Assembly (NCBI GenBank): GCA_963828525.1 | Contig: CAWHEP010000010.1 | Location: forward strand, 96,001-160,000 | Origin: an uncultured Verrucomicrobiae bacterium | Lineage (GTDB): Bacteria > Verrucomicrobiota > Verrucomicrobiia > Chthoniobacterales > Chthoniobacteraceae | DNA: 64,000 nt | Direction of reading: 5' to 3' | Shown: piece after piece, positions 27,677 to 38,815 of the stretch | How positions within the stretch are numbered: the stretch's first letter is position 1 | Layout: every line of letters begins with the position of its first letter | The notes under the pieces: model-generated | The model's input: the letters and a program-made list of their open reading frames with translations, nothing else | What the model was told of the DNA's origin: nothing | Databases searched by the model: none | Translations under genes and position numbers: made by a program

Positions 27677-29475
27677 ATGAAGCAAATGAAGTCTTCCTTG
27701 CTCGACCTCCTTTTTATCGCTCTCGGGTCCTTGCTGTTTGGCGCCGTGCTTCGCGTTGCGATTCAACAAGCCAGGAGTGATGACCCTGAGTCTCGTCCGA
27801 AGGAATGGCTGTTTTTCACCCTTGTCCTCGCGTCCCTATTAGTTTGGCAGGCGCCTATCATCCTCCTGAATGTTGAGATTGGGGGCGACGAAAGCCTCAT
27901 GCTCGCCCAGGCGATGAAGTTCAAAACCGACTTCCTGCCTTGGCGTTCCGTGGATGGAACGACGAGCGGCCCGCTAAATAGTTACGTACTCATGTGGCCA
28001 TTCCTTTTCGGAATGAAACTCTCCCATCTCACCGCAAGGCTCACCGTCCTCGCCTGCGACTTCCTCACGATCTTCTTTGCCCAGAGGGCGTTTTCCCGAA
28101 TAGTCTCTCCCGCTCGCTCCTTTCTGGCCGTTATTCCAATCCTCGGGTTCTTCCTGCTCGCCCATAAGCAGGAGTTCATTGAGTACACGAGTCTTCATTT
28201 TCCGCTCGTCGTCTTGTCGGCCTCACTCTGGCTGGTCCTCAAAGCTCGGACATCTCCCGCCTTCTCAACACTTTTCCCTCTGGGCGTTCTTCTTGGTTCA
28301 GTCTCGATGATAAAGCTTCAGCCGGCCCCGCTGGCCGCTTACCTCTTCATGGTTGCCGTCAGCTTCATTTTTCTACCGTCCTTCCGGGCCGGCTTCGCCA
28401 GGCGCGCCGGACTTCTGCTCGCTCTTTGCATCGGGGCATGTTGTGTTCCCGCCGCCGTGCTCATCCCAGTGGCGGCAGCGGGTGTTGGCCCGGATTTCCT
28501 TTCCCGATACCTCGGGTTCGGAGGGTTCAGCTACCCGGGCAGCGCTTCCACTCTTCTCACTGTGGCGAGGCTGCTCTTCGCGGGATGTGAGATCGTCGTT
28601 TTCCTTGGCAGCCTTCTCGTCTGGTCCGTGTTCTGCGCCTGGCGGCTGCGCTTCCACCTCCGCGGTCTCTCGCGGGAGTGGCTTTCAGGTCTCTTACTTG
28701 CCATTGGCTTCTTGTTTGTCAGCTTCGCTTGCATCCTCAAGAGCGGCGCCATTTTTCGATACTACTTCATTATGGCGATTCTTCCGTCGGCTCTCCTGGC
28801 CTGCTGGATGTGGCGCGGTTTAAGTTTGTTCTCCCCGGATGCAGCCGTTCATCCTCTCAAGTCACGGCACATTTTCCTTTTCACCGCCTTCTGCGTTGTG
28901 CCTCTGCCCGTCTCCTATGGCGCTGAAACTCTCTGGTTTTCCGCTTTTAACCGGCCCCCAGGCGTCTCGGGCCACCTGATCGTCTGGCCGCATTCCCAAT
29001 TCCTGGCTGCCTTCCAGACAGGCAAGTTCACTGGTTTCCATATACAGCCGCGCTTTAACTACAGGATCGAAGAGCCTCCCGGGACGTCGGCGGCGATGGC
29101 GTGGTTCAGTTCCTGTCCAGCTTGCGACGCCCCGGTGATCGCATGGCCGGTTGGGGCGGTACTGGCAGGTACTTCGTTGAAACTCAGATGACACCTGCCA
29201 CCCGCGATGTTATCGGCTCCTTTGGGATGAGGCAAGGGAGATGGCCAGACTACTATCCCGGCGGCTTTCTCGCCGACATGCAACAGATACAACCGCGCTT
29301 CTTCGTCGACGCCATTGGACGCTTCTGGGACGCCAAGGATTGGCTGCACGACGAGCCAGTCCGCTATACCGCCTATGAACCTCTTCGAGAGTACATCTCG
29401 GAAAACTATACCCTCGCAGCGCAGGTCAAGATCGACCAAGGACCTCCCGTCCTCGTATTCGCTCGGAAAAAATAG
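27677..29475 (+). CDS. Polytopic membrane protein (GT-C/ArnT-like), frameshifted near 29090
   Basis: GGDESLMLAQA and WRSVDGTTSGPLNSY followed by many TM segments. The soluble C-terminus (PGDRMA.WG..GRYFVETQMTPATRD...PRFFVDA) is in another frame (ORF 29101-29475). Confidence 0.7.
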
Positions 29476-29513
29476 GATTATCGCACCGCGGAGAGTTTGC
29501 CCTGGTTCAGCGG

Positions 29514-31061
29514 CTATCCCCGCCCACCCTTCCACACAGGTCGCGCTACTTTAGGCGCTACAAATTCCTCTGGCGCTTCTATTTCGGAACTCTGCGCGGC
29601 AACCATCTGCGCTTCCTCGGCGTTGCTCAGCGAAAGCAAGCTCCCGGCCGCAAACCAAAAGAAAAAGTTCCACGGGAAAATCTGCAAACTTGAACCCGAC
29701 AGCGAGCCTGAATAGAGCAGACTGAAAATCATCGCTAGCAGGACAATTCCAAGCCCTCGCGATGCCCGGTCTTCCATTTTGAAAGTCATCTGGTGAAAAT
29801 GGAACAATCCGAATGCGATGACCAACAGCGCTGCGAAAAGACCCACAAACCCAGCCGAAACCAGGATTTGCCCAATCTGGTCATGGATGACCTGGTCGCT
29901 TCCGACCGCCTGGCCCGGACCTTCCTGTTTCACTCCAAAAGCGGTCCAGAACCGCGGATCGGATGTCCAGTTCTGGAAGCTGTACAGCCTCTCCGTGTAA
30001 GTCCCAAGCCGGAATGCCATGTCACTACTTTCGGAATCCACGGGCACATATCTCTGCAACGCCCCCAGATCGATGTTCCTGGCGTTTGCCACAATGAGCA
30101 CGAAGATGGCTCCCGTCGCCAGGTAAAAAAGTAACGTCCTCCGCGCGTTCTGGAAAAAGAAAATCGTTCCCACCGCGAGAACCAGCGTGATCCAGAACGA
30201 TCTCACGTAACCAAAGAACAATGCCGCCAAATTCACCAGCAACAACATTAGGTAATAGAACTTTCTCCGGTTCTCAGTCACAAAAAAGTACACCGCGAGG
30301 ATCGCCAGCCAATAGACCACCCCGAAGGGATGAGGCGATGCCAGGGTCCCAAAAGCGCGTGGCTTTTCGTCACCCAGAAGAACTCCATTTATCGTCAATG
30401 GAGATGCCAGCCACACGCGATCGACTTCAGGGTAGCCAAACAAGCCTTGGTAGATTCCCCACAAAGCGACAGGTAGAAAGATGGAAAGGATCGCTTTCAA
30501 CGCCGTTTCGATTTCCTGCCGCGTCTTGAACAGATCGGGCACGATGAACAGAAGGATGGAATAAAGACCTACCTGTGAGCAGTTTGTCACAGCCTCGGTA
30601 ATGTTGCGCGTCGAGCGATACGTTACCAGGAAAGAGCCAAAGATCACTCCAGCGGAGACTAGCATCGGGACGATCTCGTGCCGGTACACGAACCGCTTCT
30701 TCACCATGAAACGCGGCACCATCACTCCAAGAAATATCCCCGCGAGGGTGTATGGGGCGAACGAGAGTATGTCCAGTTGCAATGTGACACTGAATCCGCC
30801 GTAATAATATGCCACCCGTTTTACCAGATCGAGATACCCGCATGCCGCTATCAGGATAAACATTCCCGCCTGTGGAAATACGCAAGCGGCGATCACCATC
30901 AGCATCCCTCCCCATCGCATGATGACCGGCAGTGGATTCCCGTTTGCTGAGGTGCAGATCGAAGCGACCCCAATCATACCCGCAAGACACACGGCAATAG
31001 GCAGGAGGATTCGAGACCCGAAATTCTCTCCAATCTGTATTCCTGTGTCGGGTCGTTCCAT
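29514..31061 (-). CDS. Wzy/O-antigen ligase-like membrane protein
   Basis: More than 10 TM segments; PRAFGTLASP, VRSFW, HDQIGQILV; adjacent to a flippase and glycosyltransferases. Confidence 0.75.
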   Translation of the reverse strand: MERPDTGIQIGENFGSRILLPIAVCLAGMIGVASICTSANGNPLPVIMRWGGMLMVIAACVFPQAGMFILIAACGYLDLVKRVAYYYGGFSVTLQLDILSFAPYTLAGIFLGVMVPRFMVKKRFVYRHEIVPMLVSAGVIFGSFLVTYRSTRNITEAVTNCSQVGLYSILLFIVPDLFKTRQEIETALKAILSIFLPVALWGIYQGLFGYPEVDRVWLASPLTINGVLLGDEKPRAFGTLASPHPFGVVYWLAILAVYFFVTENRRKFYYLMLLLVNLAALFFGYVRSFWITLVLAVGTIFFFQNARRTLLFYLATGAIFVLIVANARNIDLGALQRYVPVDSESSDMAFRLGTYTERLYSFQNWTSDPRFWTAFGVKQEGPGQAVGSDQVIHDQIGQILVSAGFVGLFAALLVIAFGLFHFHQMTFKMEDRASRGLGIVLLAMIFSLLYSGSLSGSSLQIFPWNFFFWFAAGSLLSLSNAEEAQMVAAQSSEIEAPEEFVAPKVARPVWKGGRG

Positions 31062-31151
31062 GCCTCTTCCGAAGGACGCTCACATCGTTTGGCGCATTGT
31101 CAATTTCAGCAACAGGCACCCCGTCTGCCACAACCGCGGGATGCCGCGCCG

Positions 31152-32477
31152 CTAAATGCGTTCTTCTTCCCCGCGTTTCCGAGTCTCTTCCGTCGCGTCG
31201 CTTTCTCCACTCAGAAAAGTTCGTACCGCGATCAGCTGATAACCAATCAGGATGATGTGCGCCACGCCTCGAGTGCCCAGCATCCCCGAAGCGCCGAAAC
31301 GCCGCACAGTCAACAGGCCACCGGCAAGCTCCAGCGCAACCGGTATAAGGATATTCTTGAGCAACTGCTTTGGGCGTCCAACACCTTGGAAGAGCAAATT
31401 GAAGTTCCACACAAACGGGATCGCAATGGTGAATGGAATCGCGATCCACCAACGCTGCTGCACGATCAGCTGCCATTCCGCGCCTAAGGCAAATTTTAAA
31501 ACGAACAGAATCCCGACGGTGACCGCTGCCACACCGCCCAACACCGCTCCGGCTATGAGGCGCTGTCCTTTTAGCAGCACACCCTCCAATTCCGCGGGAT
31601 CGTTCTGCGCTTTGCTATAGGAAACCAGTAAGACACGATCCAGCAGATTGATGCTCAACGACCACGGGATGCGGATAAACTTGAGCATCCGCTCATACAC
31701 TCCTAGTTCCCATAAATTACTGAAATTATTCAGCAACAGCAGGTCAATATTGGTCGCCAGACTTTGAAATAGAATCTGCGGCACCATCGTCTTTGCGAAC
31801 TTCCCGAAGTAGTAGCTCCGAAGATCCCGCCCGCCCGTCCAGCCTATGTTTCTCCATCCGCCCGCAGCCATAAGGCACACAAATCTCACAAGAAATTCCG
31901 CCATCTGCGCGAGCAGGATGGCGATGTATCCCTCCGTGCGCCATACGCACACCACGAGCGTGATGACCCACGAACTCACCGCCCCTATGTCCACACATCC
32001 CAGGAATAGAAAACGCAGCTTCTTCTGCGCGTCCAGCAGCGCCGTCTGTGTAAGATTCTCGATCAACACCGAGGCGGCCAGTATGGGAGCAGCGCGTCGA
32101 ATCGCGCCTGGCACCAGTGGCAGCCAATGCGCGCCCGCAAGGAACAGCACAGCCGCCGCCAGACCCAATGCTGCGTTTAGCTGGAAATTGTAAATCGTGT
32201 AACGCCGGTCGCTTCCGATGTAACTCAGGAACGCGTTTGATTGCCCAATTTCTCGGATGACACTCATCACCGCCAGCGCCAGGCACGCCTGCGCGTACAA
32301 CCCAAACTGGTCGGGGAGGATCAGCCGTGTCGAAAGCAGAACCCCCGTAAATCGGAGGCCCTGACAGATAATGGATGATGTCGCGTAATATACCGAGGCC
32401 CTCGCCCTGGGCCGGTCTGCAAGCTTCGCTCGCGCTGTCGCGACAGCGCGTTCCGCAAGGGTCCGAACAGCCCTCAT
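31152..32477 (-). CDS. Wzx-type oligosaccharide flippase
   Basis: LSTRLILPDQFGLYA, NIDLLLL, ELGVY; about 12 TM segments. Confidence 0.85.
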   Translation of the reverse strand: MRAVRTLAERAVATARAKLADRPRARASVYYATSSIICQGLRFTGVLLSTRLILPDQFGLYAQACLALAVMSVIREIGQSNAFLSYIGSDRRYTIYNFQLNAALGLAAAVLFLAGAHWLPLVPGAIRRAAPILAASVLIENLTQTALLDAQKKLRFLFLGCVDIGAVSSWVITLVVCVWRTEGYIAILLAQMAEFLVRFVCLMAAGGWRNIGWTGGRDLRSYYFGKFAKTMVPQILFQSLATNIDLLLLNNFSNLWELGVYERMLKFIRIPWSLSINLLDRVLLVSYSKAQNDPAELEGVLLKGQRLIAGAVLGGVAAVTVGILFVLKFALGAEWQLIVQQRWWIAIPFTIAIPFVWNFNLLFQGVGRPKQLLKNILIPVALELAGGLLTVRRFGASGMLGTRGVAHIILIGYQLIAVRTFLSGESDATEETRKRGEEERI

Positions 32478-33640
32478 CTCAACCCTTCAAGAAATGCCGC
32501 CCACCCGCCAGCAATGGCGCTGTTCGTATAGTTCTTCAATACCCGGGCGAGCCCCGCCTCAGCCACGCTCCTCCGCAAAATCACGTCATCGCGCAGCTTT
32601 GCGAGGATTAAAGCGAGCGCCCGCGCGTCCCCCTCGGCGAATAATGGATCCGCGCTGCCGATCACTTCCGGGATCGCTCCAGAATCTGACCCAATCGTTG
32701 CAACCCCGCACGCCATCGCCTCAATCAATACATGTCCAAACTGTTCCTTCCAGACCATGCCTCCCGTTCGCGTCTCTCTGCTCGGCAGCACAAACAGGTC
32801 GAGAGCGCGCATAAATTCCGCCACGCGCGAATGTGGCCGCGGGGCCACCAGGTGCAACCATGGCCTGCTCTGCCGCAGCTTCTCCAGCTGGCCGCGCAGG
32901 GAGCCATTCCCCATGAGCGCAAGTTGCAGGTCTGCATGAGGACAATCCTCCCGCGCCAACCCCGCTGCCTCGACCAGTTCCAGCACCCCTTTGAATTCCT
33001 CCAGCCGCCCGCAATATCCCACCAGGAAACACTCTCGCGGCACAGCCAGCGCGCCCCGCAGTTCCTTCTGCTCATCCGCGTCAGCGGGCCGAAATACCGC
33101 TTCGTCCACGCCGAGTTGCGGCGAGATAAAAAGCCTGTCGGCGGTGATCCCGCGCCGTCTAAAAAGCTTGCCTGCTTCTTCATTACCCACGATCGCGAAG
33201 TCACCTGTGCGGACCGCGGCACGGTAGATCAAGCCCAGTCCGAATCCCTTGATTCCACTCCGCTCCATATTCTCCCATGAGAATTCCCCAAACAGCGCTC
33301 TGGGCTGATACACTCGCTTCCACCACCATGTCTGCCATCGAATCCACGCCCACGGCTCTGATTCCACCACTATTACATCATACCGCTCCTCCCTTAGCAT
33401 TCTCCCGAGCCCGCGCAAGATGTAGCGCGTTGTCGTTTGCGGCGCTCCAATTGTCTCAAGTGCTCTAAGGTCAAATCCGTCGCGCGATTCTACGCGCGAG
33501 ACATTCGATGCCTGCCCGAAAGTCTCCCCGCTCCGCGTCGTGGCGCACCCCACATGGAAGTATCTCCCCAGTTCCCGCAACTTCTTCCGATTCTCTTCCG
33601 CCACGTAGGTGGCGCTGACAATCAGCAATTTCTTTTTCAT
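32474..33640 (-). CDS. Glycosyltransferase family 4
   Basis: GRLEEFKG, WKEQFGHVLIEAMACG, SGAIPEVIG. Start ATG 33640. Confidence 0.92.
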   Translation of the reverse strand: MKKKLLIVSATYVAEENRKKLRELGRYFHVGCATTRSGETFGQASNVSRVESRDGFDLRALETIGAPQTTTRYILRGLGRMLREERYDVIVVESEPWAWIRWQTWWWKRVYQPRALFGEFSWENMERSGIKGFGLGLIYRAAVRTGDFAIVGNEEAGKLFRRRGITADRLFISPQLGVDEAVFRPADADEQKELRGALAVPRECFLVGYCGRLEEFKGVLELVEAAGLAREDCPHADLQLALMGNGSLRGQLEKLRQSRPWLHLVAPRPHSRVAEFMRALDLFVLPSRETRTGGMVWKEQFGHVLIEAMACGVATIGSDSGAIPEVIGSADPLFAEGDARALALILAKLRDDVILRRSVAEAGLARVLKNYTNSAIAGGWAAFLEGLR

Positions 33641-33737
33641 TCCGGGAAGTTTGGACGGCTTTGGGAAAGAACGTGTGGCCTTCAACCGCCTTATTAGCTT
33701 CGAATGCGCGCCGAGCTATCGTAAAGGACTTTCTCGA

Positions 33738-35021
33738 ATGCCGTCATCTCCTCGCGTCATCGTGTCTCATCCCTCGAAACAAGGCACCGTTTACGAACGG
33801 CCCCTTGCCGCGCAGCGGGCTGGCCTCCCTACTCTATTTCTTACAGGCCTTTACTACCGTCCAGGAGCTTTCCCATACAACCTCACCGCGCTGCTCCCCT
33901 CCGGAGCAAAGGCCCGTGCCCTCTCGTTCCTTCAGCGGCGCAGAATCGAAGGTCTTGATGATTCATCCATCGTCTCGATAGGTGGGCCCTGGCTCGAAAT
34001 CGCCACCCGTCCAGGACGCCTCTTCGGGCGCCTCACTTCACCGTTCATCCCTCTGCAAGATTCCATCCATGACCTTATGGCGAGCCGCTGGATCGGTAAT
34101 CTCGCTTCGGGTCCTGAAAACGTCATCGTTCATGGCTTTCAGGGTTCCTGCCTCCGCTCGCTTCGAGCCGCCAGGCGCAGGGGATTTCTGACCGCGCTGG
34201 AAATCACACTCCCGCCGTGCCAATGGAAAATTGTCGGCGAGGAGCGCCAGCGCCTGGGTCTCAAACCGGGCAAAATGGAAGCCCCCGCGCGAGAAATTGC
34301 CGAGATTCGCGAGGCCGACTATGTCATCTCGCAATCCTACTTCAGCATGGATTGCGCGAGACAACTCGGCGTTGAGGCGAACCGCATGATCCACCTTCCC
34401 ATGGGAGGCGACGTCCATAGATTCCAGCCTCCTTCTCCTCCTCGCGATGCTTCGCGCCCACTGCAGGTCCTCTTCCTCGGTCAGATTTCCATCCGCAAGG
34501 GAATCCACTACCTCCTGCAAGCCTGGCACGAACTCCGTCTCCCGAGCGCCAGGCTTCTCCTGGTGGGTTCCCTCACCGACCCTGACGCCGCTCCTTTCCT
34601 CAAGAAATATGAGGGCGAATTCTCCTGGCTCGGTTTCGCCCCGCATTCCGAACTGGCGCGCATCTATCGCGAAAGCGATATCTTCGTCCTTCCGTCTTTG
34701 GCTGAAGGTGGCGGCAATGTCCTCTACGAGGCCATGGCTTCAGGCCTTCCCTGCATCGTCACCCGCAACGCCGGCTCCGCTATCGTGGATGGCGCTGAGG
34801 GAAGAGTTATTCCCGTCGGCGACATCCCGGCTCTCAAAGATGCCATCCTCGAACTTCATTCTGATCGGGCCAAATGCCGGGTTATGGGAGAGCAAGCTTT
34901 CCTCAAGGCCCAACGGTTTACCTGGGGCGACTACTCGCGCCGAATTGGCAAAATGTATAGCCGCATCAGCGAGAGCAAAGGCGCGCCCTTCTCCAGCATG
35001 CTGGATCTGGTGAACGAATGA
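33738..35021 (+). CDS. Glycosyltransferase family 4
   Basis: FLGQISIRKG, PSLAEGGGNVLYEAMASGLP. Start ATG 33738. Confidence 0.92.
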   Translation: MPSSPRVIVSHPSKQGTVYERPLAAQRAGLPTLFLTGLYYRPGAFPYNLTALLPSGAKARALSFLQRRRIEGLDDSSIVSIGGPWLEIATRPGRLFGRLTSPFIPLQDSIHDLMASRWIGNLASGPENVIVHGFQGSCLRSLRAARRRGFLTALEITLPPCQWKIVGEERQRLGLKPGKMEAPAREIAEIREADYVISQSYFSMDCARQLGVEANRMIHLPMGGDVHRFQPPSPPRDASRPLQVLFLGQISIRKGIHYLLQAWHELRLPSARLLLVGSLTDPDAAPFLKKYEGEFSWLGFAPHSELARIYRESDIFVLPSLAEGGGNVLYEAMASGLPCIVTRNAGSAIVDGAEGRVIPVGDIPALKDAILELHSDRAKCRVMGEQAFLKAQRFTWGDYSRRIGKMYSRISESKGAPFSSMLDLVNE

Positions 35022-35093
35022 ACAGGTCAACAGTCTGCGTCGCTGTTAACACCCATGCCCGCCCGTTCAATTAGAATACAAGTCGCTCGGAGA

Positions 35094-36884
35094 CTAATAC
35101 GATTTTAGCAACTCTTCTCGCGCCTCTTCCGTTTTCCCGGCCGCCTCGAAGTGCTTGGAATAGAAATAGTGAATCACCCCAAGGTTGGGATCCCAGCGCG
35201 CCGCCTCCTCGAAAGCCTTGCCCGCTTCCTCGTACCTTCCCAACCCGTCCAGCGACTGCCCCAGACCCACCAGCATCTTTTCATCCTGTGGAAAAAGCTG
35301 CAGCCCTTTCCTGTAAAACATCGCCGCCTGCTCGTAACGCCCGGCAGGTGGCCCCTCGAACAGCGCTCCCGGAGCCAGAATCCGATTCGCTTCCGCCAGG
35401 TAAAAGTATAGATCAGGGTTCTGCTTCTCCACCTCCAAGCCTTTGTTCGCCTCAGTGATCGCGTCATAGTAGGCGCCGTCGCGAAGCGCCACTCTCGCTT
35501 GCTCCGCGCGCCATTCTCCAGGCAGCTTCGGCCACCCAAGAACCCAGATCGCGCTCCCGACGCCAGCCAGCGCCACCCGAAAGAACACCGCGCAGGCCAG
35601 CCTCTGGGTCGATCGGGAGACTGCGGCGCCCTCTTCCAGCGGGCTGCCTAGGACCCCGAACAAAAATGCGAACAGCAGCGCGTTCCCTGGTATGTGCAGA
35701 TTGAAGTCGAACACAGAGTGAACCAAGTACGCCGACACTGCCGAAAGAGAGCCTATTGCGAGGGCTAGCGTGTTGCTCCGCGTTCGGTAGGCGGTGAGGC
35801 GGCTCTCCGAGGCTCGCTTCAGCGCGGCACAGCCATTCCACAGATGCGTCCCCAGGAACACCGCCATGAGCGATGCTCCCGCTATCCCATACTCCGCCAG
35901 CAGCTCCAGATAATCGCAGTGCGCGTGTACCGGGTCTGTTTGCAACTCCGCGCGCCTTCTGAAGAGCCGTCCGTAGATCAAATGCGTGCCAGCCCCAGTC
36001 CCGAATATCGGTGACAGCCGGAAGTTATCCAGCGCGGCCTGCCAGTTGTAGATGCGCGCATCCCGCGCCGCGACCTGATCCATTCGCTCCCTGACAAGGT
36101 TGCTCTGCCCCACCATCAGGTTTTTCCCCCCAATCAGCAGCCCGCCAAATACCGCGCAGATGATGACGCCCCATAAAATCAGCCGTCTTGGAGCGCGTAA
36201 CCTCACGACCACCAAGCTGAGAATGCTGAAAACCACCACGGAAAACGCGACGCTCAAATACCCCCCGCGGCTTCCGCTGATCGCCACCCCGAAGTAGCAT
36301 GCAAGGCCGATGTATCCCGTAAGGATTTTCGCCCAAAGATTCCATCGACTCCACACCACCAGACTTACCGCGAGAATCCCGGCCACCTCCAGAAATCCGG
36401 CGAAGTGGTTGGGATTGATGAACATCCCGCTGGCCCGCGTTCCTGCCGGCGGGCGGATCAATCCGAAGAGCATAAAATTGTTCCCTTTCGAAAACTGGGT
36501 CAGCCCTACGAACAACTCCACCCCGGCAAGAACGAAGAGGCCGGCGACAAATACCATGCGCGCCGTCGCTGGCGTCACATACAATGCCACCACCAAGTAC
36601 ACACCCAGGCATCCTAGCACCGCGAACAAGTCGGTTCTGGCTAGATATTCGACCGGCGAACACCAACAGCGCGCAAGCAGGTAACTCCCCAGCGCGATTG
36701 CTGAGAACATACACGGCGCGCTGCCTGAAAAACGCTTCCTCCGGATTGAAACCAGGCTCAACAACCCGGCGCTCCCGATCACAAGATACCCAGGCAGGCT
36801 GAACACCAGCCGCGTCCCGCCGACAAGACAATCGATGCCTCCTACTGCCGCGCAGAGGAGCAGGACATAAACATAGTTCATCAC
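35094..36884 (-). CDS. O-antigen ligase/oligosaccharyltransferase family protein with C-terminal TPR repeats
   Basis: RASGMFINPNHFAG, SGSRGG, PIFGTGAG, HAHCDYLELLAEYG; TPR-like C-terminus. Confidence 0.88.
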   Translation of the reverse strand: MMNYVYVLLLCAAVGGIDCLVGGTRLVFSLPGYLVIGSAGLLSLVSIRRKRFSGSAPCMFSAIALGSYLLARCWCSPVEYLARTDLFAVLGCLGVYLVVALYVTPATARMVFVAGLFVLAGVELFVGLTQFSKGNNFMLFGLIRPPAGTRASGMFINPNHFAGFLEVAGILAVSLVVWSRWNLWAKILTGYIGLACYFGVAISGSRGGYLSVAFSVVVFSILSLVVVRLRAPRRLILWGVIICAVFGGLLIGGKNLMVGQSNLVRERMDQVAARDARIYNWQAALDNFRLSPIFGTGAGTHLIYGRLFRRRAELQTDPVHAHCDYLELLAEYGIAGASLMAVFLGTHLWNGCAALKRASESRLTAYRTRSNTLALAIGSLSAVSAYLVHSVFDFNLHIPGNALLFAFLFGVLGSPLEEGAAVSRSTQRLACAVFFRVALAGVGSAIWVLGWPKLPGEWRAEQARVALRDGAYYDAITEANKGLEVEKQNPDLYFYLAEANRILAPGALFEGPPAGRYEQAAMFYRKGLQLFPQDEKMLVGLGQSLDGLGRYEEAGKAFEEAARWDPNLGVIHYFYSKHFEAAGKTEEAREELLKSY

Positions 36885-37001
36885 GATATTCTAAGCGACG
36901 CTCGTTGGCGCATCGCGCTATTTTCCTCTTTTCTTATAATCGCCCGCCTCCTTGTTATTGTCATTCAAGACGACCGGCCTACCATCCTGACAGCTTTTGA
37001 G

Positions 37002-37928
37002 ATGCACCTGAAATTCGCCAAAGAGGTTGGGTTCGTGAGATACGTCTTCCGGCGCCTTCTCTGGCGCGTCCTCGTCGCGTTCCGGGATGAGATCATGTTC
37101 TCGCTGCCTTCCGGTTCCTCAATCCCTCTGCCGAGGGGAAGTCCTTTTGCCTCAGACGTGTTCGTTACCGGCGCGAATACTGACTGGAACTCCGAGTGCC
37201 TGCTTGCCGCATACCTCTCTTCTTTTGCAAATGCGGGGGACTTCATCGATGTGGGCGCGAATATTGGTTACTATTCCGCGTACATGTCACCGCTCGCGCG
37301 GAATTGCTATGCATTCGAGCCTGATATAAGAAATTTGCCCCTTCTCAGAAGGACAGCCAGCTTGCTTTCGAACGTTACCGTTATCGACCAGGCGATACAG
37401 GATTCCAAGGGCGTGATCCACCTCGATGTCTCCTCAGCCCCCGATCTCACCCACGTGATCCATGCCGCTCACTCTCCGGGCGTTCAGACCGCCACAGCAA
37501 CTACCATTGACTGCTTTTGCGCCGAGAATCCCCACGTCTCTCCGCTCGCTGTCAAAATCGACATCGAAGGCTTCGATATTTTGGCGCTTGAAGGCGCGGC
37601 CGAAGTGGCGAGGAAGCACAAGCCAGTCTTTCTCATCGAGTTTGCGATCGAAGATCAGCGGCCAAACTCATGGGAACGTCTTGCTCGATTCGTCCAGCAG
37701 AACGATTATACCGTCTACGCCATCGCGCGCGAAGATCCCTCTGCTTTCGAATACCGCTTCGAACTCCACCAACCGGATTTCATTGCGCTTCCCAAGCTGT
37801 TCACCAAAATGCTCTTTCTTGTTCCGCTTTCCACAGATTTCTTTTCCGTATTGCGACGAGGCAATGGGGCGGGTTCCAAGGCTTTTCGCCCATCGGCGGC
37901 GCGGGCTTTTCTGAGGGAGCACCGGTAA
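37002..37928 (+). CDS. FkbM-family methyltransferase
   Basis: FIDVGANIGYYS, YAFEP, VKIDIEGFD. Confidence 0.9.
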   Translation: MHLKFAKEVGFVRYVFRRLLWRVLVAFRDEIMFSLPSGSSIPLPRGSPFASDVFVTGANTDWNSECLLAAYLSSFANAGDFIDVGANIGYYSAYMSPLARNCYAFEPDIRNLPLLRRTASLLSNVTVIDQAIQDSKGVIHLDVSSAPDLTHVIHAAHSPGVQTATATTIDCFCAENPHVSPLAVKIDIEGFDILALEGAAEVARKHKPVFLIEFAIEDQRPNSWERLARFVQQNDYTVYAIAREDPSAFEYRFELHQPDFIALPKLFTKMLFLVPLSTDFFSVLRRGNGAGSKAFRPSAARAFLREHR

Positions 37929-37951
37929 TCTTCGTTCGCCACCCTCCCCCG

Positions 37952-38815
37952 TCACTCCCACGTCTTCCCCCGATCGCCCGGCACAATCCGCCGCAGGCAA
38001 TAAATATCGCTCCCCGCGAGCTCTTCCCGCCGCTCATGCAAACTGGGCCACGCGTCCCACTGCGCGCTAATGAGCTTCCCTGTAATCCCATCACTTTCAC
38101 GGCTCGCCAGATACACAGCCAGACTTGCTCCTTTGTCCAACGGCGTCGCTCCGTTCTCCTTCCACTGTTTGTTCTTTTCGAAGTAAGCTTGTCCAACCTT
38201 GTCCGGCCCCGCCTCAAGCACTTGATCCACCAGCCGGGTCGCAAGCGCCCCGGGCGCGATGGCGTTCACGTCGATGTGGAACGCCCTTAACTCCTCGGCC
38301 AGCGTCTCCATGAGCCGCACCGCTCCAGCCTTTGACGCCGCGTACGAACTGATGTTCGGCATTGGATTCGTCGCTCCACCGCCGGATACTACGATGATCT
38401 TTCCTCGCCCCGACTTCTTCATCCGCGGGATCACCGCCCGGCTTGGCAGCAACACCCCGAGCAGGTTGATCTCCACCGCTCGCATCCATTCCGTTACCGG
38501 CACACTCTCCGTCGCTCCCATGGGTCCATAAACCCCAGCGTTGTTTACGAGCACATCCACCGCGCCGAATTTCGCGCGCGCGTCAGCAAACAGTTCCTCC
38601 ACATCCGCCTCCCTGGAGACATCACAGGTGTTTGCAAAGACCTGCTGTCCGCCCGCCGCCATCCCTCGCAACTGCGCAAGCGCGCTCTGCAGCGCCGCCT
38701 CTTCCCGCGCGCAGAACATCACGTTCGCTCCCTCCCGAATGAAATGTTCACAGATCGCCTTCCCGAGACCCTGGCTGCCGCCGGTCACCACCGTGTTTAG
38801 CTTTTCTAGTTTCAT
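37952..38815 (-). CDS. Short-chain dehydrogenase/reductase
   Basis: TGGSQGLG, NNAG, YAASK. Start ATG 38815 overlaps the upstream stop. Confidence 0.92.
   Translation of the reverse strand: MKLEKLNTVVTGGSQGLGKAICEHFIREGANVMFCAREEAALQSALAQLRGMAAGGQQVFANTCDVSREADVEELFADARAKFGAVDVLVNNAGVYGPMGATESVPVTEWMRAVEINLLGVLLPSRAVIPRMKKSGRGKIIVVSGGGATNPMPNISSYAASKAGAVRLMETLAEELRAFHIDVNAIAPGALATRLVDQVLEAGPDKVGQAYFEKNKQWKENGATPLDKGASLAVYLASRESDGITGKLISAQWDAWPSLHERREELAGSDIYCLRRIVPGDRGKTWE

Noticed and set aside
30427..31476. 349-aa alternative minus-strand ORF overlapping the wzx and wzy-like genes
   Set aside because: Out-of-frame overlap with two well-supported genes and no motifs.
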